Source of the DNA: Candidatus Limimorpha sp.
GTDB taxonomy: Bacteria; Bacteroidota; Bacteroidia; Bacteroidales; F082
DNA: 64,000 nucleotides
Assembly: GCA_045127605.1 (NCBI GenBank)
Contig: JBGVQR010000076.1
Coordinates: 453 to 64,452 of the forward strand
Direction of reading: 5' to 3'
Part shown: positions 18,591 to 26,877 of the stretch, in pieces
Layout: each line of letters opens with the position of its first letter
How positions within the stretch are numbered: the stretch's first letter is position 1
Notes under the pieces: generated by a model
What the model was told of the DNA's origin: nothing
Databases searched by the model: none
The model's input: the letters and a program-made list of their open reading frames with translations, nothing else
Program-made: the position numbers and the translations under genes

Positions 18591-19706
18591 ACGACTTATA
18601 GTCTTAAAATACGTCTCCAAAAGATTATGAGCTGCGGTGTATGCCGTAGTTCTTTTTTCTTTGACATCAGATTCCATTAAAGCAATCATATCTTTTATCA
18701 AAGAATTCTCATAGAATGTATCTTTAAGCGTCTGCTCTATGCTGTCGTACATAGTCTGTACATCCTGCTTAGCTCTTTTCTTTGCAAGATATCCTGACTT
18801 ACGAATATTGTCAACATGATCTGTAACCATCTTCCACACTTCCGGAACATTATGATGCGTTAATGCAGAGCATGTCATCACATTAACAGGCTGTCCCGAC
18901 TCAGCCAGAGGGAACAGATGCACCGCGTTCTTAACCTCTGCCATGGCACGGTTAGCTCTTTGCACATTATCGCCATCAGCCTTATTAACAATGATACCAT
19001 CAGCCATTTCCATGATGCCACGTTTGATGCCCTGAAGCTCGTCGCCTGCACCGCCAATAAGTACCAAGAGGAAGAAATCCACCATAGAATACACAGCAAT
19101 CTCCGACTGGCCCACGCCTACCGTTTCAACGAAGATAGTGTCAAAACCTGCAGCCTCACAGAGTATTATAGCCTCACGAGTCTTACGAGCCACACCGCCT
19201 AAAGTACATGCAGATGCCGAAGGACGAATGTAGACATTACGTTGCTGCGAAAGCTCCTCCATACGAGTCTTGTCGCCAAGGATACTACCTTTAGAACGTT
19301 GGCTACTAGGGTCGATGGCAAGCACTGCAAGCTTATGACCATTACGGCTCAGTTCCATCCCAAGAGCCTCTATGAAAGTACTCTTTCCCGCGCCAGGAAC
19401 GCCGGTGATACCTAGACGTATCGCATTGCCCGAGTAAGGCAGACACGCTGCGATGATATCCTGCGCCATCTTTTGATGTTCATGTAGCGCGCTTTCAACC
19501 AAAGTGATAGCCTTGCTCAAAATAACGATATCACCTTTAAGGATACCATCTACATAATAATCAAGCGGCATCAACTTCTGACGTTTTGCCATCATACGTT
19601 CCAAAGCCTTAGGATTGACCTGTACCGGCTCTTCAGCAGGAGCGTTCACTTGCAATGCAGACTCCCACTCGTGTTTCTGATTTTCAAAATGCTCTTGTAA
19701 TTCCAT
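18588..19706 (-). CDS. meaB: Methylmalonyl-CoA mutase-associated GTPase MeaB (ArgK family)
   Basis: 372 aa. P-loop GVPGAGKST, plus VETVGVGQSE and NKAD motifs. The start codon is uncertain. Confidence 0.88.
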   Translation of the reverse strand: MELQEHFENQKHEWESALQVNAPAEEPVQVNPKALERMMAKRQKLMPLDYYVDGILKGDIVILSKAITLVESALHEHQKMAQDIIAACLPYSGNAIRLGITGVPGAGKSTFIEALGMELSRNGHKLAVLAIDPSSQRSKGSILGDKTRMEELSQQRNVYIRPSASACTLGGVARKTREAIILCEAAGFDTIFVETVGVGQSEIAVYSMVDFFLLVLIGGAGDELQGIKRGIMEMADGIIVNKADGDNVQRANRAMAEVKNAVHLFPLAESGQPVNVMTCSALTHHNVPEVWKMVTDHVDNIRKSGYLAKKRAKQDVQTMYDSIEQTLKDTFYENSLIKDMIALMESDVKEKRTTAYTAAHNLLETYFKTISR

Positions 19707-19813
19707 AGTGTCGCAAAGATAAGAAAAGACTAAAGACTAAGGACAAAAGGCTAAAGTTTTTTTCGCATGTAAAAAAAAATCAAAAAAAATTCTTGTTTAT
19801 TAAAAAAAAGTTG

Positions 19814-19821
19814 TACTTTTG
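19814..19821 (+). promoter_or_regulatory. -7 promoter box TActTTTG upstream of tRNA-Lys
   Basis: tacttttg lies 15 nt upstream of the first tRNA nucleotide. Confidence 0.6.
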
Positions 19822-19836
19822 CACCTCGAAATAAAT

Positions 19837-19909
19837 GCTTCCTTAGCTCAGTTGGTAGAGCAATTGACTCTTAATCAATGGGTCCAGGGTTCGAATCCCT
19901 GAGGGAGTA
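19837..19909 (+). tRNA. tRNA-Lys (anticodon CUU)
   Basis: Manual cloverleaf, 73 nt: acceptor gcttcct/agggagt (2 G-U pairs), D arm gctc-agttggta-gagc, anticodon arm attga-ctCTTaa-tcaat, T arm caggg-ttcgaat-ccctg. CCA is not encoded. Confidence 0.85.
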
Positions 19910-19911
19910 CA

Positions 19912-19941
19912 AAAGCGAGAGGCTAGCCACTCGCTTTTTTT
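19912..19941 (+). terminator. Intrinsic terminator after tRNA-Lys
   Basis: agcgag(aggctagcca)ctcgct followed by a T7 run. Confidence 0.75.
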
Positions 19942-20036
19942 GTTATTTTTTCAAAAAATCAATCTTTTTTCTTCCTTAATTCAAAAATTTTTGCTTAATT
20001 TTGTATTTCTTTTAACGACATATAAAATATGCCTCT

Positions 20037-20843
20037 ATGGAAAAAACAAAAGTACTTTTTGTTCATCAAGAAATAACACCTTATTTGGATGAAAATCCAA
20101 TCTCTTTGGTAGGAAGAAACCTCCCTGAAGGTATTCAAATGAAGGGTAAGGAAATCAGAATCTTCATGCCTCGTTTCGGTAATATCAACGAACGCAGAAA
20201 CCAATTGCACGAAGTGATTCGTCTCTCTGGTATGAACCTTATCATCAACGATACCGACCACCCTTTGATTATCAAGGTCGCTTCTATTCAAAAAGCCAGA
20301 ATGCAGATATATTTTATCGACAACGACGACTTCTTCACAAAACGTAAGTCAACAATTGCTGATAAAAACGGCGTCTTCTTTGAAGACAACGACGACCGCA
20401 CTATATTCTTCTCTCGCGGTGTTATTGAAACTATACGTAAACTCAACTGGCCTCCAGACATCATCCACTGCCACGGATGGATGTCAGCGCTCATCCCAAT
20501 TTACATCAAGAAGGTTTTCAAAGACAACCCTCTCTTCACTGAATCGAAAGTCGTATTTTCAATATATGATGAAGATTTCACTGAGACATTCCGCAGCGGT
20601 TTCGACAAGAAGATGAAACTTCAAGGAATAGCACCTAAAGATGTTAAATTCCTCAAGGATACTAATTACGTAAATCTGATGAAGACTGCTATCGACTTCT
20701 CCGATGGTATCATATTTGGCAGCGAGAAGATAAATCCAGAACTGGAAGAATATGCAAAAGCTTCAAAAAAACCTGTTCTTGAATACCATTCTCCAGAAAC
20801 TTACGTTGATGCTTATAACGAATTTTACGATAATCTCAAATAA
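20037..20843 (+). CDS. Short glycogen/starch synthase-like protein (GT5 N-terminal-domain type common in Bacteroidota)
   Basis: 268 aa. KVLFVHQEITPYL...IRIFMPRFG...IIHCHGWMSALIP is typical of the glycogen synthase N-terminal half. Confidence 0.7.
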   Translation: MEKTKVLFVHQEITPYLDENPISLVGRNLPEGIQMKGKEIRIFMPRFGNINERRNQLHEVIRLSGMNLIINDTDHPLIIKVASIQKARMQIYFIDNDDFFTKRKSTIADKNGVFFEDNDDRTIFFSRGVIETIRKLNWPPDIIHCHGWMSALIPIYIKKVFKDNPLFTESKVVFSIYDEDFTETFRSGFDKKMKLQGIAPKDVKFLKDTNYVNLMKTAIDFSDGIIFGSEKINPELEEYAKASKKPVLEYHSPETYVDAYNEFYDNLK

Positions 20844-20852
20844 GTAGTCACC

Positions 20853-22172
20853 TTGAAAACAAAACACTTATTATTAACATTATTTGTAGCTCTGATAGCT
20901 TTTGCTTCATGCAAGAAACTGCCTGACATCGGTAGCTCCTTACAACCTAACAGCAGTTTCATAAAAGTGGCATTCTCCAGCAATCACGATATAATCGCTG
21001 AGACAGAACGCATAGACTCACTCAGCACAAAGGCGGCGTCATTGTCATTGGTCGGCGACCTCAACGACCCATTCTTCGGAAACTCAAACCTCAGTTTCTA
21101 CTCTCAGATAGGTCTCACCAGCAACAGCATCAAATGGGGCGAAGGCGCAACAACAGACTCCATAGTTCTACAAATGGTTTATTCCGGATATTACGGCGAT
21201 ACATTGTCACAATTGACATTGAAAGTTAACGAAGTAGCCGAAAGCATGTCAGGCGATTCAATGACATATTATTCAAATACTTCATTCGCCCTTGGAGAGG
21301 AATTGGCAAATTACACATTCTCACCGAGACCTAGAACTTTCAGCAATATCGATGACGACTCTCTCTTCACAGCTGTAATAAGAATTCCTATCGCTAACAC
21401 TCTTGGCGAGAGATTCATAAGCAACGAAAACCAATTCACATCTAACAAGACCTTCATGAATTATTTCAACGGTCTGAATGTTTCTTGTGAACCAGCCAAC
21501 GGTACAGGTGTGATTTGCTATTTCAACCTTCTCAATACAAAATCATATTTGAGAATATATTACCACAACAATCACGATACTACATTCTACGATTTCAACG
21601 TAAGCGACAAATACATACGTTTCAACCACTTCGACCATTATTATGCATCAGCACAAGCTCCAATAGCTTTCGATGATACTGCAAGCAACGAGTATCTCTA
21701 CGTACAATCTACCGCTGGTGTAAGAACAAGATTGGTCTTCCCTAATCTCGCACAATGGGCAGAAGACATGAACACCAACGTGCTCATCAACGAGGCAAAG
21801 CTTATCATGAACGGAGCTAACGGTCTTATCAATGGCGTTAACAACGACACAGCTATGTTCTCTCAACCAGTTCAACTCATTGTAGTTAAAGCAAAAGAAG
21901 ACGGTTCATACAGCATTTTGCCAGACCAAATGGTCGGAACAAAATATTATAACGGAATGTATGACGCTAAAACTGACCAGGTGTGGTTCAGAATCTCAGA
22001 ATATGTTCAAGACTTGGTACTTGCTGGCCCTGACGCTGAAAATTATGGATTATTCCTCTACACCTACGCTGGTTCCAACAATGCCAAACGCTGGATATTC
22101 CACGGTCCTGGCAGTCAAGACACAACAAATAAAATCAAATTAGAAATTATTTACTCACAAATAGACGATTAA
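20853..22172 (+). CDS. DUF4270-like lipoprotein
   Basis: 439 aa. TTG start followed by a lipoprotein signal (LLLTLFVALIAFASC). It sits downstream of the short glycogen synthase-like gene, as in other Bacteroidota. The family call is from remembered synteny. Confidence 0.5.
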   Translation: MKTKHLLLTLFVALIAFASCKKLPDIGSSLQPNSSFIKVAFSSNHDIIAETERIDSLSTKAASLSLVGDLNDPFFGNSNLSFYSQIGLTSNSIKWGEGATTDSIVLQMVYSGYYGDTLSQLTLKVNEVAESMSGDSMTYYSNTSFALGEELANYTFSPRPRTFSNIDDDSLFTAVIRIPIANTLGERFISNENQFTSNKTFMNYFNGLNVSCEPANGTGVICYFNLLNTKSYLRIYYHNNHDTTFYDFNVSDKYIRFNHFDHYYASAQAPIAFDDTASNEYLYVQSTAGVRTRLVFPNLAQWAEDMNTNVLINEAKLIMNGANGLINGVNNDTAMFSQPVQLIVVKAKEDGSYSILPDQMVGTKYYNGMYDAKTDQVWFRISEYVQDLVLAGPDAENYGLFLYTYAGSNNAKRWIFHGPGSQDTTNKIKLEIIYSQIDD

Positions 22173-22174
22173 TT

Positions 22175-22801
22175 ATGAAAAAAATTTGTTTAATCATTTG
22201 TATATTATTAGGCATGACAACACAAGCACAAGAAAAAGAAACATTAGTCTTAATCAAGACTTCATTAGGTGACATCACAGTTAAATTATACAACGACACT
22301 CCTTTACACAGAGATAATTTTATAAAACTTATTAACGAAGGTTGGTACAACAATTCTCCTTTCCACCGTGTAATCAACAACTTCATGATTCAAGGCGGTC
22401 ACAACCAAGACGGTCGCGTTGACCCTGGTTATACTATCCCAGCAGAATTCCGTGCTAACCACATCCATAAAAAAGGTGCTTTGGCAGCAGCACGTCAAGG
22501 TGACCAAGTGAACCCTAAAAAAGCATCTAGCGGATGTCAATTCTACATCGTTCAAGGTCAAGTTTTGACAGAAGCTCACATCCAGATGTATCAACAACGT
22601 TTAGGTTTGAAATTCACTGAAGAACAAATCAAAGCTTACACAACAGTTGGCGGTACACCACACTTAGACGGTGAATATACTGTATTCGGCGAAGTTGTTG
22701 AAGGTCTCGACATCATCGACAAAATCGCTAAAGTAAAGACAGGTTACATGGACGTTCCTGTTGAAGCTGTTACAATGACAATAGAAATAATTAACAATTG
22801 A
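22175..22801 (+). CDS. Peptidyl-prolyl cis-trans isomerase, cyclophilin type, secreted
   Basis: 208 aa with a signal peptide. Contains FHRVINNFMIQGG and GEYTVFGEVVEGLD. Confidence 0.9.
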   Translation: MKKICLIICILLGMTTQAQEKETLVLIKTSLGDITVKLYNDTPLHRDNFIKLINEGWYNNSPFHRVINNFMIQGGHNQDGRVDPGYTIPAEFRANHIHKKGALAAARQGDQVNPKKASSGCQFYIVQGQVLTEAHIQMYQQRLGLKFTEEQIKAYTTVGGTPHLDGEYTVFGEVVEGLDIIDKIAKVKTGYMDVPVEAVTMTIEIINN

Positions 22802-22898
22802 CAATTAACAATGAACAATTGATAATGAACAATTGATAATGAGCCTATCTGAATACCGTTGTCTGTTGTCCGTTGTCTGTTGACTAAAAACAAAAAAA
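22799..22898 (+). repeat. Intergenic region made almost entirely of 7/14-nt words between the PPIase gene and pheS
   Basis: acaattRAcaatga x3 (14-nt unit, 22801-22842), then ccgttgtctgttgt x2 (22856-22883). TGA/TAA triplets lie at 22799 (the real stop), 22806, 22812, 22820, 22826, 22834 and 22840. Confidence 0.9.
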
Positions 22899-23912
22899 AT
22901 GATTGAAAAAATAGCTCAAATATTAGAAGAGATTAACTCTTTCAAGGCAGAAAGCAAAGAAGCTTTAGAAAACTTCAGAGTTGCCTATATCAGCAAAAAA
23001 GGTGCGATTCCTGCATTATTCGCTGACTTCAAACAAGTAGCTCCAGAGATGCGCAAAGAACTCGGCATTAAACTTAACGAGTTAAAAAACAGAGCTCAAG
23101 AAATCTTTGACGAACAGATGCAACAGTTCGAGACACAAAACGTTGCTAGCAACGACCAAGACTTATCTCTCCCTGTAGATGCGATGAAAGGCGCACGTCA
23201 TCCTTTGTCAATAGTAAGAGAAGAAATCAACAATATATTTGAGCGTTTAGGTTTTGTCATCAGCGAAGGTCCTGAAATTGAAGACGACTTCCACTGTTTC
23301 ACAGCATTGAACTTCCCTCCTGACCATCCTGCACGCGACATGCAAGACACATTCTTCATCAGCAAGGATCCAGATGTGCTGTTAAGAACTCATACTTCAA
23401 GCGTTCAGGTTCGCGCTATGGAACAAGGTGAACCTCCTATCCGCATCATCGCTCCAGGAAGAGTATTCCGTAACGAAGCTATCTCAGCTCGCGCTCACTG
23501 TATCTTCCATCAAATCGAAGGTTTATACATCGACAAAGACGTTTCTTTTGCCGACTTAAAACAGACATTGTTCCACTTCGTAAAAGAATATTTCGGAGAA
23601 GAAACAAAAGTTCGTTTCCGTCCTTCTTACTTCCCATTCACAGAGACATCAGCAGAGATGGATATCTCATGTAACATATGCGGCGGTAAAGGATGTAACA
23701 TCTGCAAACACACTGGTTGGTTAGAAATCTTAGGTTGCGGTATCTGCGACCCTAACATCCTGAAAGCTTGTAACATCGACCCTGAGGTATATACAGGCTT
23801 CGCATTCGGAATGGGTGTAGAACGTATCGCAATGCTTAAATATCAAGTCAACGACTTACGTCTCTACTTCGAAAATGATGTAAGATTCTTGAAACAATTT
23901 GAACAAGCATAA
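22899..23912 (+). CDS. pheS: Phenylalanine--tRNA ligase alpha subunit
   Basis: 337 aa with class II aaRS motifs (HPARDMQDTF, FRNEA, GFAFGMGVERIAM). Confidence 0.95.
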   Translation: MIEKIAQILEEINSFKAESKEALENFRVAYISKKGAIPALFADFKQVAPEMRKELGIKLNELKNRAQEIFDEQMQQFETQNVASNDQDLSLPVDAMKGARHPLSIVREEINNIFERLGFVISEGPEIEDDFHCFTALNFPPDHPARDMQDTFFISKDPDVLLRTHTSSVQVRAMEQGEPPIRIIAPGRVFRNEAISARAHCIFHQIEGLYIDKDVSFADLKQTLFHFVKEYFGEETKVRFRPSYFPFTETSAEMDISCNICGGKGCNICKHTGWLEILGCGICDPNILKACNIDPEVYTGFAFGMGVERIAMLKYQVNDLRLYFENDVRFLKQFEQA

Positions 23913-23947
23913 GACACCATTGAGCTAAGGCTTATTGGTTATCGAAC

Positions 23948-23981
23948 AAAAAAACGTCACTTCAAAAAGGTGGCGTTTTTT
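23948..23981. terminator. Bidirectional intrinsic terminator after pheS
   Basis: aaaaaaacgtcac-ttcaaaaag-gtggcgtttttt (1 G-U pair) between convergent genes. Confidence 0.75.
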
Positions 23982-24441
23982 ATTTTAATCTTTTATTCAT
24001 CTCATCGAAGATATTCATTTCGTGTAATTCTATATCTTCAAGGATGGTGTCAATTTTCGAGTTCTTGCCTAAATCTATCGAGTATGCAAAATGAACATTA
24101 GGTATTGACTTTATCTTTGTTAAAAAAGACTGGTAATCTGAATCTTTAATAAAATTCCTTATTATCAAGAGATAGTCTGTCTGAGGCGAAAACGACACCC
24201 TTCGAACATTCTCATTCGAAAGAGCTACAAGATTAAAAGTGTTGGAGTTTTCTCCTGCGTCATAGAGATAAAAAGAAAATAAATCTCCTTCCTCAGAACA
24301 AAGATCTTTGTATTTCACGAGGTTCAGTTTGGCTGCTTTGTTGATATTCCACGCCAGCTGATAATCATGCATACCTGTGGTGATACCTATTATTCTGATA
24401 TCATCAAAAGGTTCTACTACGAATTTTGTTTTCTTTTTCAT
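23980..24441 (-). CDS. IPExxxVDY-family-like small protein (conserved partner downstream of rnc in Bacteroidota)
   Basis: 153 aa from the ATG at 24441, which overlaps the rnc stop (ATGA). Pattern FDDIRIIGITTGMHDYQLAWNINKAAKLNL plus IPNVHFAY. The family name is recalled, not searched. Confidence 0.55.
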   Translation of the reverse strand: MKKKTKFVVEPFDDIRIIGITTGMHDYQLAWNINKAAKLNLVKYKDLCSEEGDLFSFYLYDAGENSNTFNLVALSNENVRRVSFSPQTDYLLIIRNFIKDSDYQSFLTKIKSIPNVHFAYSIDLGKNSKIDTILEDIELHEMNIFDEMNKRLK

Positions 24442-25169
24442 TGTGAGCTTTGTTCGTTCATCATTAACCAAGTCTTTTCTGCTGCAAGCTGTTCTGCGCC
24501 TTTTATTGAATGATCCGCTGCTTTTCCATATTCCTGGTCATCGATAGTGACTTGAATATGATAAAGACGATCGTGACCATTACCTTTAACAGCGACTTGA
24601 TTAAACACGACACGACGTTTCTGTCGTTGAGCCCATTCAAGAAGTTTGCTTTTATAATTAGTCTCGCTTTTCTCCAGTTCTTCTATATCAATATGCATCT
24701 TAATGACGCGATTCACCATGATTTTATAAGTGAATTTATAACCATAGTCGAGGAACAATGCGCCGGTGAAAGCCTCGAAGGCATTACCGCCCATCGACTT
24801 AGACTTAGCTTGTTCATTTGTTCTAGCATAATTGATAAGATTTTCTAGACCGAATTTCAGAGACAATTTATTCAAAGAAGCGCGACTCACTATTTTGGAG
24901 CGCATCTCTGTCATGAAACCTTCTTGTCTTGTAGGAAATTTTTTAAAGAGGAACTGTGCCACTACTGTACTCAACACAGCATCACCGAGGAACTCTAGAC
25001 GCTCATTACTGATGCTGTATCCTGTAGTTTTTACAGACATTGACTTATGAGTGAAAGCCAATTTATACAACTCAATATTTTTGGGATAAAAGCCAAATAT
25101 ATTATGGATAGAACTTGCTAATTCTCTATCTGCTTTGTTTCTATATCTAAAAAAGGTGAGTAAAGACAC
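24438..25169 (-). CDS. rnc: Ribonuclease III
   Basis: 243 aa. RNase III signature ERLEFLGDAVL and a C-terminal dsRBD. Confidence 0.93.
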   Translation of the reverse strand: MSLLTFFRYRNKADRELASSIHNIFGFYPKNIELYKLAFTHKSMSVKTTGYSISNERLEFLGDAVLSTVVAQFLFKKFPTRQEGFMTEMRSKIVSRASLNKLSLKFGLENLINYARTNEQAKSKSMGGNAFEAFTGALFLDYGYKFTYKIMVNRVIKMHIDIEELEKSETNYKSKLLEWAQRQKRRVVFNQVAVKGNGHDRLYHIQVTIDDQEYGKAADHSIKGAEQLAAEKTWLMMNEQSSQ

Positions 25170-25177
25170 AGCCTGAA

Positions 25178-26428
25178 TTATTGATATTTCTTAAATATTA
25201 CACTTACATTATGGCCACCGAAGCCGAATGCATTACTAATGGCGTATGTCATATCTTTTTTACGAGCTTCCCAATAAACGATATCGAGATTAGGGTCTAT
25301 CGCTGGGTCATCATTGAAGTGATTTATTGTCGGAGGAATGATGCCATCGCGCAAAGTCAATACTGTAGCCACTGCTTCGATAGCACTTGAACCGCCGAGC
25401 AAGTGACCTGTCATAGACTTAATAGAATTGATTGGCATATTTGCGACATGATCACCGAAGAGTTGGCTGATAGCCATTACTTCTGAAGTATCGCCTGCAG
25501 GTGTTGATGTTCCGTGAGTGTTGATATGGTCGATGTCTGTTGGTTTCAATCCTGCTGATTTAAGAGCGCGTTCCATGCACAACATAGCGCCTCTTCCTTC
25601 AGGATGTGGAGCTGTGATATGATAAGCGTCGCTTGATAATCCGCAGCCAACTATTTCGCCATATATTTTTGCTCCGCGTGCAAGAGCATGTTCTAAGTCC
25701 TCCAATACGAGACAGCCGCAGCCTTCGCCCATAAGGAAACCGTCACGGTCTCTGTCGAAAGGACGAGATGCTGTCATTGGATCATCATTGCGAGTTGTCA
25801 TGGCACGCATGGATTCGAAGCCAGCCATTGCTGGTGGGCATACCGCTGCTTCTGAACCGCCAACGATGATTACAGGGTACATACCATAATGAATGTAATT
25901 GAAACCTTCTGCTATAGCATTTGCTGATGAAGCACATGCCGATACGGTAGAATAGTTAGGTCCGAAGAAACCATTTTTTATGGAAATATGTCCGCCTGCT
26001 AAGTCCGGTAATAATTTAGGAATGATGAATGGGTTGAAACGAGGAGTTCCATCGCCAGCGGCATGAGACATCACCTCTTCATAAAAACTATTGATGCCGC
26101 CTATACCAGAACTAAAGACAACACCAACCTCATTGAAGTCGGTATTGTCTTTGGTGATTTTTGAATCTTGGATTGCCTCATCAGATGCCACTATAGCAAA
26201 CTGTTCATACAAATCCAATTTTCTTGCTTCTTTACGATCAAAGAATTGAAGTGAATCAAAATTCTTGACCTCACAAGCTATGCGAGTTTTAAACTTTGAA
26301 GAATCAAAACGTGTTATAGGACCAGCTCCATTAACACCTTTACATAACGCATCCCAAAATTCTGAAACTGTATTACCTATCGGCGTGATAGCTCCTAATC
26401 CAGTTATAACTACACGTCTTAACTCCAT
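25178..26428 (-). CDS. fabF: Beta-ketoacyl-ACP synthase II
   Basis: 416 aa. Active-site Cys context STVSACASS, with HGTSTPAGD and GHLLGGS motifs. Downstream of acpP. Confidence 0.95.
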   Translation of the reverse strand: MELRRVVITGLGAITPIGNTVSEFWDALCKGVNGAGPITRFDSSKFKTRIACEVKNFDSLQFFDRKEARKLDLYEQFAIVASDEAIQDSKITKDNTDFNEVGVVFSSGIGGINSFYEEVMSHAAGDGTPRFNPFIIPKLLPDLAGGHISIKNGFFGPNYSTVSACASSANAIAEGFNYIHYGMYPVIIVGGSEAAVCPPAMAGFESMRAMTTRNDDPMTASRPFDRDRDGFLMGEGCGCLVLEDLEHALARGAKIYGEIVGCGLSSDAYHITAPHPEGRGAMLCMERALKSAGLKPTDIDHINTHGTSTPAGDTSEVMAISQLFGDHVANMPINSIKSMTGHLLGGSSAIEAVATVLTLRDGIIPPTINHFNDDPAIDPNLDIVYWEARKKDMTYAISNAFGFGGHNVSVIFKKYQ

Positions 26429-26440
26429 ATATTTGCTTAA

Positions 26441-26674
26441 TTAGATATTTTCTTCAATATATTTCAAAGCGTCACCCACTGTAGAGATCTTCTCTGCTTG
26501 ATCGTCTGGAATTGTAACGTTAAATTCTTTTTCAAATTCCATGATTAACTCAACTGTGTCAAGTGAATCTGCACCTAAGTCATTTGTAAAACTTGCTGTT
26601 TCTACTACGTCCTCAGGATTAACACCTAATTTATCAACGATAATTGACACAACTTTTTCTTTTACGTCTGCCAT
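26441..26674 (-). CDS. acpP: Acyl carrier protein
   Basis: 77 aa with the phosphopantetheine site [11 protein letters not shown]. Confidence 0.95.
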   Translation of the reverse strand: MADVKEKVVSIIVDKLGVNPEDVVETASFTNDLGADSLDTVELIMEFEKEFNVTIPDDQAEKISTVGDALKYIEENI

Positions 26675-26877
26675 GATTTTAAAAATTTAAGTTAATAATA
26701 TTTTCTGCTCAAGAAAAAAAACTTTGTTGCAAAGTTAAACCTTTTTTTTAATTCACAGCACATATTTTTGAATATTTTGACACTCTAAAAAAATCAAACT
26801 TGATTATCAATCGTTTAAAAATTCATTTTTATTTGACTCAATTTGAGTATTTTTTCTATCTTTACTAAAAATAAAAA

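Noticed and set aside
22802-22898. pheS leader-peptide attenuator
   Set aside because: The mini-ORFs in this region (MNN* twice, and a 14-codon MSLSEYRCLLSVVC*) contain no Phe codons, so the classical pheST attenuation model does not fit.
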